Part shown: positions 54,174-64,000 of the stretch, one piece after another
Layout: every line of letters begins with the position of its first letter
Position numbering within the stretch: position 1 is the first letter of the stretch
Source: a bacterium
Lineage (GTDB): Bacteria > UBA8248
Assembly (NCBI GenBank): GCA_965221165.1
Contig: CBDCRP010000003.1
Location: 1,248,001 to 1,312,000 of the forward strand
Direction: 5' to 3'
DNA: 64,000 bases
Program-made: the position numbers and the translations under genes
Notes under the pieces: generated by a model
Told to the model about the DNA's origin: nothing
Seen by the model: the letters and a program-made list of their open reading frames with translations, nothing else
Database searches by the model: none

Positions 54174-54719
54174 ATGAAAAAACAAGCCGTTTGGAGAAGC
54201 CTGGCCGTTCTGGTGGTCGCGGGCGCGCTCGTTACGGGCTGCGCGGACGACCAGATGATGGGCAAGGTGAAGAAAGCGATGACGGGCATGAAAGACAAGA
54301 TGATGGGCAAGAAAAAGATGATGAAGGGCGATGACCCCGCCGTCACGGCGCGCAGGAAGCTCATGCGCGGCATCGGCGCCGACATGAAGCGCCTGAAAAC
54401 CGCGATGAAACAAGGCAGCGGCTGGGTGGTCGAAGAACAAGTGCGCCAGGCCGCCGGGGACATGTACAAGAGGGCCTCCAAGATCAAAAAGGCGTTCCAG
54501 AAAAACACCCTGGCCGGCAAGACGACCTCGACCGCCGCCATCTGGAAGAACAAGGCGAAATTCGACCTCATCGCGGACGGTCTGGCCGCGAACGCCGCCG
54601 TTTTGGCGCAAATCCACTACAAGGGCGGCCCGGCGGCCATCAAGAAAGCAGTGGGCCTCATCGGCAGGCAATGCGGAAGATGCCACAAGTCGTTCAGGAA
54701 GAAGAAGAAAAAGAAGTAG
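54174..54719 (+). CDS. Class II cytochrome c (cytochrome c'-like), lipoprotein
   Basis: LVTGC lipobox, ARRKLM, AIWKNKAKF, C-terminal CGRCHKSFR. Confidence 0.85.
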   Translation: MKKQAVWRSLAVLVVAGALVTGCADDQMMGKVKKAMTGMKDKMMGKKKMMKGDDPAVTARRKLMRGIGADMKRLKTAMKQGSGWVVEEQVRQAAGDMYKRASKIKKAFQKNTLAGKTTSTAAIWKNKAKFDLIADGLAANAAVLAQIHYKGGPAAIKKAVGLIGRQCGRCHKSFRKKKKKK

Positions 54720-54738
54720 CGACGTCTCAGAATCAAGG

Positions 54739-54774
54739 GAAACCCCGGCGCGCTTCGCCGGGGTTTTCTTTTTT
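54739..54774 (+). terminator. Intrinsic terminator
   Basis: AAACCCCGGCG-CGCTT-CGCCGGGGTTTTCTTTTTT. Confidence 0.8.
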
Positions 54775-54784
54775 CGCGTATGCA

Positions 54785-55100
54785 ATGAATTTCTCATCCG
54801 TAGGGACGAGAATCACTCCCCCCCGTGAGGATCAAACCCGACCGGGGAGACAAGAAAAATCACTCCCCCCTTGAGGGGGAGTGATTTCAGACCATTGAAG
54901 GAGAAAATTACGCCGTCATTCCGGCGTATGCCGGAATCTAGGCGGACGAGAAATTCATCTGTTCTGGATTCCGGCTTTCGCCGGAATGACGGTGCTTGCA
55001 AGGAGGCGATAGACTCCTAGGGGTGAAACCATGTGCCCACCCGCCTCTACATCTCAAATGACAATGCCAGGTGGCGAATATAAATGTCCGACCCTACGAA
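54785..55100. repeat. REP cluster
   Basis: CACTCCCCCCTTGAGGGGGAGTG; CGTCATTCCGGCGTATGCCGGAATC and its inverted partner GATTCCGGCTTTCGCCGGAATGACG. Confidence 0.75.
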
Positions 55101-55112
55101 ACCTTTCGCGTG

Positions 55113-58100
55113 CTATCCCCCGCCCGAGAGGGATTCATTCGCAAGGCGACTCCTCACCTCACCGAGCGGGCCGCTGTCGGCCACCAGACCATCACGGTAG
55201 AGGATGACGTCGCGCGATCTGGCCGAAATCTTGGGTCCCGGCGCGATGACGCCCACCAGATTCATCGGGTCGCTCGCGTGAACGATGGTGGGCTTGCCAC
55301 GAGCCGGAATGCGTCTTACGACGCGCAGGGCTTCCACCGCTTCGGGCAGGGCGAACTGCTCGCCCATGAAGCCCGAGACGAAACGCCCGCCGCGAACCTC
55401 ACCCCTGGCTTCGAGGCGTCTGAATACGCGCACCATTTCACGCCAGCGCGGGGCGGCCGACTCGCGCACGGCCAGTTCGCGGAGCACGACGCCGTAGCGT
55501 TTGAGCAACTGTCGCGCATGGGCCTCGCGCCCGGCCTCCTCATCGAGCGGGACGTCCGCGCTCCCCCAAAGCGACCAGCGGCCCACGGGCATGAAGCGTT
55601 TTTTCGCCTCACGCGATATGGCCCTCCCGCCCGGCAGGGCGCGCAGCCGCCGCTCGCCCTTTTTCTTTTCCTTAGCGCTCGCTATCAGGGCCCTGAGCCC
55701 CGCCACGCCGTCGCCCGTCACCAGACCGCGCGCGACCAGTTCCCAAAGCGCCTCTTCGGCCTCGGTTCGCAGCCTGCCCGTCGCCGCCGTAATGTCGGCC
55801 AGAAAAGAGGCGCCCCTGTCCTTTAGAAAATCGAGTATCTCACACGCTGCGAGAGAGAGATTCCCCCGCCACGCATCTTCGGTTTCGCGTGGTTTCAGGA
55901 ACAGCCCCACCTCCTCTCTCAACAGAAAGGCCAGAAGGGCCCGGCGCGAAGGCTGCGCCTTCTGGGTCCCTCTGGATCGGCTCCCGCTCTCCGGAATATC
56001 GAGCGGCTCGGGCGGAGCGCCCGGTCGCAGGCGTCCCCACGCGACGAGGCCTGAGAGGCAAAGCGCCTCCAGATCGGCTGCGTCGTAGTTCTTGATTCGC
56101 GCGGGAAGAATCTGCTCCTCCCAGGCGGGCGCGGGAAGCTCCAACCCCTGAAGCCGGCGAATCACCTCCAAAACGCCGTCGCGCCCGTGCAGCATGGCGT
56201 CCTCGTGCACGTGCTGCCACCTGAGCAGATAGCGAATAAGGTCCGCCGCCGTCACGGGTTCTATCTCGCGTCTCAGCTTGCCCAGCGTCATGCGGTGGAT
56301 ACGGGCCAACAATACGCGATCGCACCACTCGACTTCGGCCTCGGGCGTGAGGCGGGCAAAGCGGCCCCGCAGAACCGCTCCCTCTCCTTCCAAGGCGGCC
56401 AGGGCGATATTGACGTCCGGCAGCGCGAGGCCGACCCGCGAGGCGATCTCACTCGCCGTTACGGGGCCTAAGCCCTCCATCCAGCCCCGGACGAGAGCGA
56501 GGGCCGCCTCATCCTGCGCGGGCGTTTTACCCCCATCTCCCTGAAAGGGAATTTCGCTCGGTGTGAGCTTAATGCCCGGGATCGCCGCGCGTACAAGCGC
56601 CATTCTCTCCGCCGGAACCCAGCCTTCCCGTTCGACGCCCTCTACCCCCCAGACCGCTTTCGCCAGGCGGTTTCTGGCGAGTAGTTCGTCGGCCCAGGCG
56701 GACCATTCACCGGCTTTTTCCACCGGCAGCACGCACAGGGAGAGCAGCGCATCGTGCAGCTCATCCGCGTCGCGCGGAGCCAGCCAGGCTTGTTCACGCA
56801 CCTCCTCGATGACGTCCGGATCGAGGCGGGCGCTTTCGGCGTCATCGGGTAGGGCGCGCCTGAGCGGCACGGCGCGCGAGCGGCGCTCCTCCAAAGGCGC
56901 GTCGTCGATGAAGGCGTAGGGGTTCGCGTTCAGTATCTCGTGCGACATGGGCGAGGGCGCGGGCGTCTCCACACCGAAGGTTTTAATCTTTCCGCTTTCG
57001 ACCTCGGCGATGAGCACTCTTAGATTTTCGATGTCCATCGCCTCGGTGAGGCAGTTTTCCACCGTCTCGTTCACCAGAGGATGGTCGGGAGGCTCGATGG
57101 GGCCGTGGTGGTTGTCCTGGCAGGCGAGTTGAGCCGGGAAGACGGCGGCAAGCAAATCCTCCGCGCGCATGCGCTGAATCGCGACCGGCACCTTCTTTCC
57201 CCCGCTGTGCCTCGGCAGGGCGAGGGCGCGCGTGGCGTTCCAGCGCCAGCGGTTGGTGAACATGGGTGATTGCAGGGCGGACTGGAGCATGTCCTTTTTG
57301 AGCGAAGCCAGGCGCGCGAAGCCGAAAATGGATTCGAGCGGGAAGCTGTGCTGGGTTGAGAGTGAGAGCACGATGCCGTCGTCCGTCGCGGCGGCCTGGA
57401 GTTCGAAATCGAACGTGAGGCAAAAGCGCTTTCTGAGCGTATGGCCCCACGCCCGGTTGATGCGTCCGCCGAAGGGCGAGTGAATCACGAGTTGCATGCC
57501 GCCCGCCTCGTCGAAAAACCGCTCGGCCACGATCTCGCCCTGCGTGGGCACGCGCCCCAGCACGCGCACGGTCTCACGCACGTAATCCAGAAGCTGCGAC
57601 GCGCCCGCAGGGCAAAGCCCGCATTCGGCGCGCATCCACCGGATCGCCTCGGCAGGCTCCGTGAGACGCCCCGCCAGTTCGGCCCTCAGCGCGGAGACGG
57701 CTTCCGAGAGTTCCGCCGTGCGCGAGGGCACCTCGCCCAGCCAGAAGGGAATGTTCGGCGGAAGCCCCTGCGCGTCCTCCACGCGCACCTTGTCGCGCTC
57801 CACGCGCTTGACGCGCCAGGAATGGTTGCCGAGCAGGAAGATGTCGCCCGCGTTCGACTCGACCGCGAAATCCTCGTTCACCTTGCCCACGAAGGTCTCA
57901 GCCGGTTGTTCAATCACGTCGTAATCCGCCGTGTCGGGAATCGCGCCGCCCGAGGTGATGGCGCAAAGCCGCGCCCCGCGCCTCGGCCTCAAGAGGGCGT
58001 TCACGCGGTCTCTGTGCAGGTAGGCGGTGCGCCTGCCCCGGCTGGTGGAAATGCCCTCCGAGAGCATTTCGAGCACGTCCTCGAAAACGCCCCGCTCAAG

Positions 58101-59438
58101 CTCCGCGTAAGGCTGCGCCCGCCGGATGAGCGACCACAGCGCCTCTTCTTCGACTTCTTCTTGGGCCGCGACCTCGGCCACCATCTGCTGGGCCAGGATG
58201 TCGAGAGGCACCTGGGGGAAAATGACGCGGTCGAGCGCGCCTCCGCGCACCGAGCGAATCGCGGCGGCGCATTGTAAGAGTTCGTCCCTCGTCATGGGGA
58301 AGACGATTCCCTTGGGCACCGCGCCCTTCCAGTGGCCAGAACGCCCCACGCGCTGCAGCAGGGAGGCGAGCGTTCTCGGCGCGCCCAGATGGCAGACGAG
58401 GTCGACGTGGCCGATGTCGATTCCAAGCTCGAGCGACGCCGTGGCGACGATGGCCGAGAGAGCGCCCGATTTGAGCCTTTCTTCGGCGTCCAGCCTGATT
58501 TTGCGCGACAAGGAGCCGTGGTGCGCGGCCACGCGCCCCTCGCCCAGTCTCGTCGTGAGCTGGTGGGAGACGCGCTCGGCGAGCCGCCGCGTATGGACGA
58601 ACACGATGGTGGTGCGGTGGCTTTCGATGTGGGCGGCCATACGGTCGAACACCTCGGCCCAGTACTCATGCGAGGCGATGGGGCCGATATCCTGATCGGC
58701 CACCTCGACTGTGAGCGCCATCTCCCGCTTGTGGCCCACGTCCACGATTGCGCAATCAGGAGAGCCATCCTGCTTACGCCTTTCCGCGCCGATGAGCAGG
58801 CACGCTATCTCCTCAATCGGTTTTTGCGTGGCGCTCAGGCCGATGCGCTGGAGCCGCGTGCCGCAAAGCGCGTCCAGACGCTCCAGAGAAAGCGCCAAAT
58901 GCGCGCCGCGCTTATCGCCTGCGACCGCGTGTATCTCATCCACGATGACGGCGCGGGCGGTCTCCAATACCTTGCGGCTGCGCTCCGCTGTCAAGAGAAT
59001 GTAGAGCGATTCAGGCGTGGTGATGAGGATGTGGGGGCGCTTTTTGAGCATGAGCCTGCGCTCGCGCGCAGGGGTGTCTCCCGAGCGCACCGCCACGCGA
59101 ATCTCTGGAAGCTCCACGCCCTCTTTTTTGGCGAGCGCGCGGATTTCGCTCAAAGGCTCCTGTAAATTCTTCTGGATATCGTTGCCGAGCGCTTTCAGGG
59201 GGGAGATGTAGACGAGGCGGCATTCATCCTCGAGTTCGCCGGCGAGCGCATCCCGAATCAAGCCGTCGAGCGACCACAAGAAGGCGGCCAGCGTCTTGCC
59301 CGTACCCGTGGGCGCCGCGATGAGCGTGTCGCGCCCGGTGGCGATCTGCGGCCAGCCCGCATCCTGCGGGGCGCTCGGCTCCCCGAATTTCTCGGTGAAC
59401 CAGCGCGCTATCAGCGGATGAAAGGAATGTTTGTTCAT
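55113..59438 (-). CDS. lhr: Lhr-family ATP-dependent DEAD/H helicase
   Basis: APTGTGKT, TTPESL, VDEIH, GLSATQ, HHGSLS, SLELGIDIG, QRVGRSGH, GGAIPD, C-terminal winged-helix region RGGRFV. Confidence 0.92.
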   Translation of the reverse strand: MNKHSFHPLIARWFTEKFGEPSAPQDAGWPQIATGRDTLIAAPTGTGKTLAAFLWSLDGLIRDALAGELEDECRLVYISPLKALGNDIQKNLQEPLSEIRALAKKEGVELPEIRVAVRSGDTPARERRLMLKKRPHILITTPESLYILLTAERSRKVLETARAVIVDEIHAVAGDKRGAHLALSLERLDALCGTRLQRIGLSATQKPIEEIACLLIGAERRKQDGSPDCAIVDVGHKREMALTVEVADQDIGPIASHEYWAEVFDRMAAHIESHRTTIVFVHTRRLAERVSHQLTTRLGEGRVAAHHGSLSRKIRLDAEERLKSGALSAIVATASLELGIDIGHVDLVCHLGAPRTLASLLQRVGRSGHWKGAVPKGIVFPMTRDELLQCAAAIRSVRGGALDRVIFPQVPLDILAQQMVAEVAAQEEVEEEALWSLIRRAQPYAELERGVFEDVLEMLSEGISTSRGRRTAYLHRDRVNALLRPRRGARLCAITSGGAIPDTADYDVIEQPAETFVGKVNEDFAVESNAGDIFLLGNHSWRVKRVERDKVRVEDAQGLPPNIPFWLGEVPSRTAELSEAVSALRAELAGRLTEPAEAIRWMRAECGLCPAGASQLLDYVRETVRVLGRVPTQGEIVAERFFDEAGGMQLVIHSPFGGRINRAWGHTLRKRFCLTFDFELQAAATDDGIVLSLSTQHSFPLESIFGFARLASLKKDMLQSALQSPMFTNRWRWNATRALALPRHSGGKKVPVAIQRMRAEDLLAAVFPAQLACQDNHHGPIEPPDHPLVNETVENCLTEAMDIENLRVLIAEVESGKIKTFGVETPAPSPMSHEILNANPYAFIDDAPLEERRSRAVPLRRALPDDAESARLDPDVIEEVREQAWLAPRDADELHDALLSLCVLPVEKAGEWSAWADELLARNRLAKAVWGVEGVEREGWVPAERMALVRAAIPGIKLTPSEIPFQGDGGKTPAQDEAALALVRGWMEGLGPVTASEIASRVGLALPDVNIALAALEGEGAVLRGRFARLTPEAEVEWCDRVLLARIHRMTLGKLRREIEPVTAADLIRYLLRWQHVHEDAMLHGRDGVLEVIRRLQGLELPAPAWEEQILPARIKNYDAADLEALCLSGLVAWGRLRPGAPPEPLDIPESGSRSRGTQKAQPSRRALLAFLLREEVGLFLKPRETEDAWRGNLSLAACEILDFLKDRGASFLADITAATGRLRTEAEEALWELVARGLVTGDGVAGLRALIASAKEKKKGERRLRALPGGRAISREAKKRFMPVGRWSLWGSADVPLDEEAGREAHARQLLKRYGVVLRELAVRESAAPRWREMVRVFRRLEARGEVRGGRFVSGFMGEQFALPEAVEALRVVRRIPARGKPTIVHASDPMNLVGVIAPGPKISARSRDVILYRDGLVADSGPLGEVRSRLANESLSGGG

Positions 59439-59499
59439 AACGGGGACATTCTACCGCAAACGGGGCCGGATGGAATCCACGCCTTTAAGATGCATCTCT

Positions 59500-59905
59500 T
59501 TTCAGTCGGTAATGACTCCCGTAGTGGCAGCCCCTCCTCGGGGCTGCCCCACAGATCGCGACCTGTCCCTACAAAGCGGCTCCGTCACTTCTCGGCGGGA
59601 ATGACCCACGGATAAAATCACCGTCATTCCGGCGCATGCCGGAATCCAGAACAGGGGAGGATAAAGATATGGCGATGTTCTATTCTCTCTCATTGGCAAG
59701 GCGCAACGGTCAAAGATGAAAGACAAAAGACAAGTTCCCTGGATTCCGGCATGCGCCGGAATGACGATAATCTCTTCGGGGCAGTAGGGTCAGACATATA
59801 TGTCTGCCACCTGCGTGTCCGCCCGCAACAGGAAAACCAAGAACCTGCATACGCGAAAAGGGAAGAAAACAGAAAAAGGGAGGACACACAGGTCCTCCCC
59901 TACAA
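59500..59905. repeat. REP cluster
   Basis: GTAGTGGCAGCCCCTCCTCGGGGCTGCCC (also 61443), CGTC-type pair 59622/59741, GTAGGGTCAGACATATATGTCTGCC. Confidence 0.75.
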
Positions 59906-59956
59906 GATCCCTCTCTGCTCCTTATGCAATGAGTCCAAAACGGCCTCACTCCCCCC

Positions 59957-60886
59957 TCACCCACGCGCATCCCTGAAAAAATCCCGAAGGTCGGCTTCGG
60001 CGCTCTCGAAGGATTTGCGGCCGAGCTGGAATATGCTCTTGAGCTTGCGGGGGTCGTGCTCCATGAAATCCGTCTCATAGGCGCTGTCGGTGAACGACTC
60101 ATCGATGCGCAAGGCTTGAATATCCGGGAAGAACAGCTTCCGCAGCGTCTCCACGGTATTCGAACTCGTTCTCGAAAGCGTCATGAAGGTTTTGATGGGC
60201 CGCACCCCTGCGATGATTCGCGACGTCAACTGCCGTTTTTCCGGATAACTACCCGCTCCGACGCTCAATATACGGATATCCTCACGTGGGACTTCGAGCG
60301 GCCCCAGGGCGTCCGCGATGGCGAAAAGGGTGGGGTTGTTCGCCGTGAACCCGCCATCGAGCGCGGTGCGCTCTTTAAGTTGGGGGGTGGCGATGCGCTT
60401 GTGCTTCAGGAATGGGTGCGCGGCGCATGACGCCATGATCGCATCCGATATTTTGAGGCCCTCGCCCGAGAGGAAACCATCGGGGCCGCCGCCGGCTTGT
60501 TTGACGACTCTTTTGAACACCATGGGGCGATCATGTTCCGCGTGCGTAGCGAGAATTCCGACGTCCATCGTGAAATCCTCAAAAGTTCTCTCGCCATAGA
60601 TTCTTTGGGAGTGCCGCTCAAGCGCCCTCGTTTTGGAGCGCGCGAGCAATGGCCCCAGCACGTCGGGCGCAAGCTCGAAATAGCGATCCGCAATCGTCGG
60701 TTCGACCGGGTCGCCCAGGGCCACCATCGAGGCGATGATGGAACCCGTGCTGACGCCGTAGGCGAGATGGAACACCTCGTGCAGGGGGCGTCCCAGCATG
60801 CGCTCCACCTCGGCCAGCACGCCCAGGGTATAGACCCCGAGCGACCCCCCGCCGTCGAGTGAGAGGATGAAGAAGGGCCGGTTCAT
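59957..60886 (-). CDS. Patatin-like phospholipase
   Basis: LSLDGGGSLG, GVSTG, ASCAAHPF, LDGGFTANNP, ILSVGAG; start 60886 or 60901. Confidence 0.88.
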   Translation of the reverse strand: MNRPFFILSLDGGGSLGVYTLGVLAEVERMLGRPLHEVFHLAYGVSTGSIIASMVALGDPVEPTIADRYFELAPDVLGPLLARSKTRALERHSQRIYGERTFEDFTMDVGILATHAEHDRPMVFKRVVKQAGGGPDGFLSGEGLKISDAIMASCAAHPFLKHKRIATPQLKERTALDGGFTANNPTLFAIADALGPLEVPREDIRILSVGAGSYPEKRQLTSRIIAGVRPIKTFMTLSRTSSNTVETLRKLFFPDIQALRIDESFTDSAYETDFMEHDPRKLKSIFQLGRKSFESAEADLRDFFRDARG

Positions 60887-61009
60887 CGCCGGTCGTTCCA
60901 CGGAGTGATGCGCGGATTCGGCTGAAAGGGCCTCGTAAATTTTTCCGGGGAATGTGGGTTGTTCATAGGGTCATTCTACCGCAACGGGGCCGGGTTGTAT
61001 CTCTCGGTG

Positions 61010-61550
61010 TGTAGGGGCGGACATATATTTCCGCCACCTGTGTGTCCGCCCTTCGTTCGCGTCGACGTAAGTGTAGGGGACGCATATATGCGTCCCGCGC
61101 AGACGGAGAAGGTATCGGCTTGAAACGACGAACGAAAACCTGCCCGAAAACGGGAGTTCCCCGTAGGGGGGGTTCGCGAACCGCCCCTACAGCGTGTTCT
61201 CAGGTATGATGTATGACGAGGTGGGCACGCAGGCTACCCGAAAAAAGGCGGGTCGCTTATATGCGACTCCTACAACAGTGTTCGCCTTAGGGACAGGCCC
61301 CCGTGTACGCTCTCAAAAGACAGGAAGATTACGAAACCCACACATACATACAGTGCGAAAAACCTCATAAAAAAGGGCGGACACACGGGTGGCAGACATA
61401 TATGTCCGCCCCTACAAAGGTGCATTCTTTTTTCTGAGACCCGTAGTGGCAGCCTCTCCTCGGGGCTGCCCCACAGGTCGCGACCTGTCCCTACAGAAAC
61501 AGCCCCTCCCTTATCGGTCGGCAATCCCTCCCTCATCAGTCGGGATTGAC
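61010..61550. repeat. REP cluster
   Basis: Several GTAG-tagged palindromes (61011, 61073, 61162, 61250, 61389, 61443). Confidence 0.75.
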
Positions 61551-63281
61551 CTAATCCATCCGCACGTAATCGTGCGCGCGGAAGGGCACGCCCAACTCCT
61601 CGGTGGCCACCTTCTCGCACGCTTCGATGTCGATGAGGCCGGACATTTTCACCGCCGTCACCTCCACCTCGGGGATGTAGTTCTTTGCCCAGCGAACGAA
61701 CTCCTTCACGGCCGGGTAGGGGTCTTCGATGTCTTTGGTCTTGCATATTTTCGCGTATGCCTCGGGGCTTTCCGCCTGCATGCTGATGGATACCGCATCC
61801 ACGAGGCCGCCGAGTTCGGGAAGAATGTTCCTCTCGTGCGTCTTGTTCGCAAGCCCGTTCGTCACCAGGCGTATCCGCTTCGCCCCCCGCCGCTTGAGCT
61901 CGCCTGCCACCTCCTTCAAGATGTCGAGCCTGAGCGTCGGTTCGCCGAATCCGCTGAAGACGACTTCCTCGAAGCGGGACGGGTCGCCGACGGTAGTGAG
62001 GACTTCCGCCGCGTCGGGTTCACTTTGAAAAGCCAGGTTGTGGCCCTTGTAGACGCAATCGCTCAGAAGACCGCAGAAAAAACACGAATTCTGGCAATCG
62101 TTCGTGATGTTTAGATAGAGCGCCTCGCCGATTTCATAGGCGACGCTTCCCTCGCTGCTCTGCGGCCCCATTCCGAACAGGCGGCGCACGTTCTCCGTGG
62201 TGAGGCGCGTCACTTCCTCTACCGACATCCCGTGGAGTTCCGCGAGTATCTCGGCCACCCGGGCGACGTAAGCCGGTTCGTTCCGTTTGCCGCGATGGGG
62301 CGGGGGGGCGAGATAGGGGCTGTCCGTCTCGAGCAGCACACGCTCTATGGGGATTCGCTCGAAGACTTCCCTGAGTTCTTCCGAGCGCGAAAACGCGATG
62401 GCTCCGCCTGCGCCCAGATGAAAATCGATGTCCAGAAACTTCTTCGCCTGCTCGTCGTCGCCCGTGAAACAGTGGATGACCCCGCCCGCGCGCCACGCTT
62501 TTTCCTCTTCGAGGACCTGGTAGACGTCGTCTGCCGCATCCCGGCAATGGACGACGATGGGCTTGCCCGCCTCGACGGCGACCCTGATCTGCTCTCGAAA
62601 CCACCTGCGCTGGGTCTTGCGCGGGGCGTTGTCCCGGTAGTAGTCGAGGCCGATCTCGCCGATAGCCACCACTTTCGGATTATCCGCGAGGCCGGCGATA
62701 TCCTTGATGGTTCTCTCATCCACGCCCTTGACGTCGCTCGGGTGAACGCCGACCGCCGCATAGACGCCTGCGTAGGACACCGTGAGGTCCAGGGTCTGGC
62801 GGCTCGACTCCAGGCAGGTGCCCATCGAAACGATGTAGTGCACCCCCTCCTCGATGGCGCGCTCCACCACCCCCTGGCGATCCGGATCGAACGCCTTGTC
62901 GACGAGATGCGCGTGGGTGTCCACCAGAACGGGCAGGCCGTTCGTATCGGGAAGTGCGGCGATGATGACTTGCGGCCTGGGCCTTTGCCCCCGCTCCCCG
63001 CGCGGGCGGTTTCCGCCCCTGCGGCCAGGACGACGGCGACGGGAATCGGCATCGGGCGTCTCACGATTTCCCTCGCTCGCGGCGGGTTGCTGCCCACCTT
63101 GCGCGCGCGCGTTCGGTTCGGATTTCCCGGATGTATCCGGCCGTCCAGTAGATTCCGGGCGCTTGCCGCCCCTTCGGCCCCGCCTTCGTCTGCGGCGCTG
63201 GGGGCGTCCCGCTCTTTCGGGACGTCCCGTGGATTCCTTGCCGCCGGATGCGTCCGGCCCGGATTCGGATGCTTCATTCAC
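61551..63281 (-). CDS. tatD: TatD-family nuclease fused to TatD-associated radical SAM domain, with Arg/Gly-rich N-terminal extension
   Basis: DTHAH, GVHP, GEIGLDYY, HCRDA, HCF, ETDSPYLAP..RGKRNEP; then LYLNITNDCQNSCFFC, VVFSGFGEPT, TNG. Confidence 0.9.
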   Translation of the reverse strand: MNEASESGPDASGGKESTGRPERAGRPQRRRRRRGRRGGKRPESTGRPDTSGKSEPNARAQGGQQPAASEGNRETPDADSRRRRPGRRGGNRPRGERGQRPRPQVIIAALPDTNGLPVLVDTHAHLVDKAFDPDRQGVVERAIEEGVHYIVSMGTCLESSRQTLDLTVSYAGVYAAVGVHPSDVKGVDERTIKDIAGLADNPKVVAIGEIGLDYYRDNAPRKTQRRWFREQIRVAVEAGKPIVVHCRDAADDVYQVLEEEKAWRAGGVIHCFTGDDEQAKKFLDIDFHLGAGGAIAFSRSEELREVFERIPIERVLLETDSPYLAPPPHRGKRNEPAYVARVAEILAELHGMSVEEVTRLTTENVRRLFGMGPQSSEGSVAYEIGEALYLNITNDCQNSCFFCGLLSDCVYKGHNLAFQSEPDAAEVLTTVGDPSRFEEVVFSGFGEPTLRLDILKEVAGELKRRGAKRIRLVTNGLANKTHERNILPELGGLVDAVSISMQAESPEAYAKICKTKDIEDPYPAVKEFVRWAKNYIPEVEVTAVKMSGLIDIEACEKVATEELGVPFRAHDYVRMD

Positions 63282-63320
63282 TGCATAAACTCCAATCCCC
63301 CTGCGAGGGGCGTCTTTTCT

Positions 63321-64000
63321 CTAGCGAATCGGCGAGCCCGGCGCCACCGCCTCGTCCACGTCCACGAGCATGAGTTTCTCACCTTCCTCGGCGGCGAGCA
63401 CCATGCCCTGTGATTCCACACCCATCAACTTGGCGGGGGCGAGGTTGGCCACCAGTATCACCTTCCGGCCCGCCAACTCCTCGGGCGCATAATGTTTCGC
63501 CAGGCCCGCCACGACGGTTCGGGTTTCCTCACCGAGCGAAACGGTGAGCTTCAACAAGTTTTTCGACTTGGGAATGCGCTCGGCCCCCAGCACCCGGGCC
63601 GCGCGCAAATCCATCTTCTGAAATTCCTCGATGGATATCCGTTCTTTCTCATCCTCTTGTGGCGCGGCTTCCGCACCATCGGCGATGCGCCGGGCCACCT
63701 TCTCCCGAATGGCCACTTTCGCCTCATCCTCGATGCGCGGGAACAGCGGAAGCCCGAGTCGGGTACTCAGCTCATCCGGCAGCCCGCGCATGTCGAGCAA
63801 TTCGGCATAAGGAGCGCTCGCCCAATCGGAGGGCAGGCCGAGTTGCGCCGCTATCTTCTGCGCGGAGGCGGGCATGACGGGAGATATCATCGCCGCGACG
63901 ACTCGAATCGCCGCCACGGCGTGCCAGAGCACCGAACACAGGCGGGCCTCGTTCCCCTCTTTCGCGAGCGTCCAGGGGGCGTTCGCGTCGATATATTTAT
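63321..64000 (-). CDS. metG: Methionyl-tRNA synthetase, C-terminal part (anticodon-binding and tRNA-binding domains)
   Basis: NKYIDANAPWTLAK at the window edge, SPVMP, LFPRIE, ISIEEFQKMDLR, ANLAPAKLMGVESQGM; metG-tatD synteny. Confidence 0.93.
   Translation of the reverse strand, partial: KYIDANAPWTLAKEGNEARLCSVLWHAVAAIRVVAAMISPVMPASAQKIAAQLGLPSDWASAPYAELLDMRGLPDELSTRLGLPLFPRIEDEAKVAIREKVARRIADGAEAAPQEDEKERISIEEFQKMDLRAARVLGAERIPKSKNLLKLTVSLGEETRTVVAGLAKHYAPEELAGRKVILVANLAPAKLMGVESQGMVLAAEEGEKLMLVDVDEAVAPGSPIR

Noticed and set aside
59957-63281. CBASS (patatin effector) or Qat-type (TatD) defence system
   Set aside because: No cyclase, QueC or ATPase partners; tatD is in its usual metG-linked housekeeping position.

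Overview
Bacterial chromosome window in two parts. (1) Positions 1-~30,460 are a mosaic accessory island. It holds an extended His-Xaa-Ser (hxs) radical-SAM locus, including a MauG-like cytochrome gene that runs off the left edge and is missing from the ORF track. It also carries a HEPN-like gene, three alpha/beta-hydrolase/phospholipase-like genes, a ~6.2-kb gene of 16 PPC-like beta-sandwich repeats, an intact IS66-family element with a DUF4338 passenger, IS1111/IS110, IS256 and IS1182 remnants, an integrase remnant and a 5'-truncated group II intron. Four same-orientation copies of a degenerate ~155-bp non-coding att-like repeat punctuate the island. (2) Positions ~30,490-64,000 look like core genome: SSS symporter, molybdopterin oxidoreductase large subunit, Gfo/Idh/MocA, carbohydrate ABC transporter, gpsA, DtxR/MntR regulator, TonB, groEL/groES with CIRCE, cytochrome c', Lhr helicase, patatin, TatD-radical SAM fusion and the 3' end of metG. 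Many GTAG/CGTC REP-type palindromes, a MITE and a candidate sigma54-dependent small RNA lie between these genes. No rRNA, tRNA or CRISPR array was seen. All family assignments come from motif recognition by eye, not from database searches.
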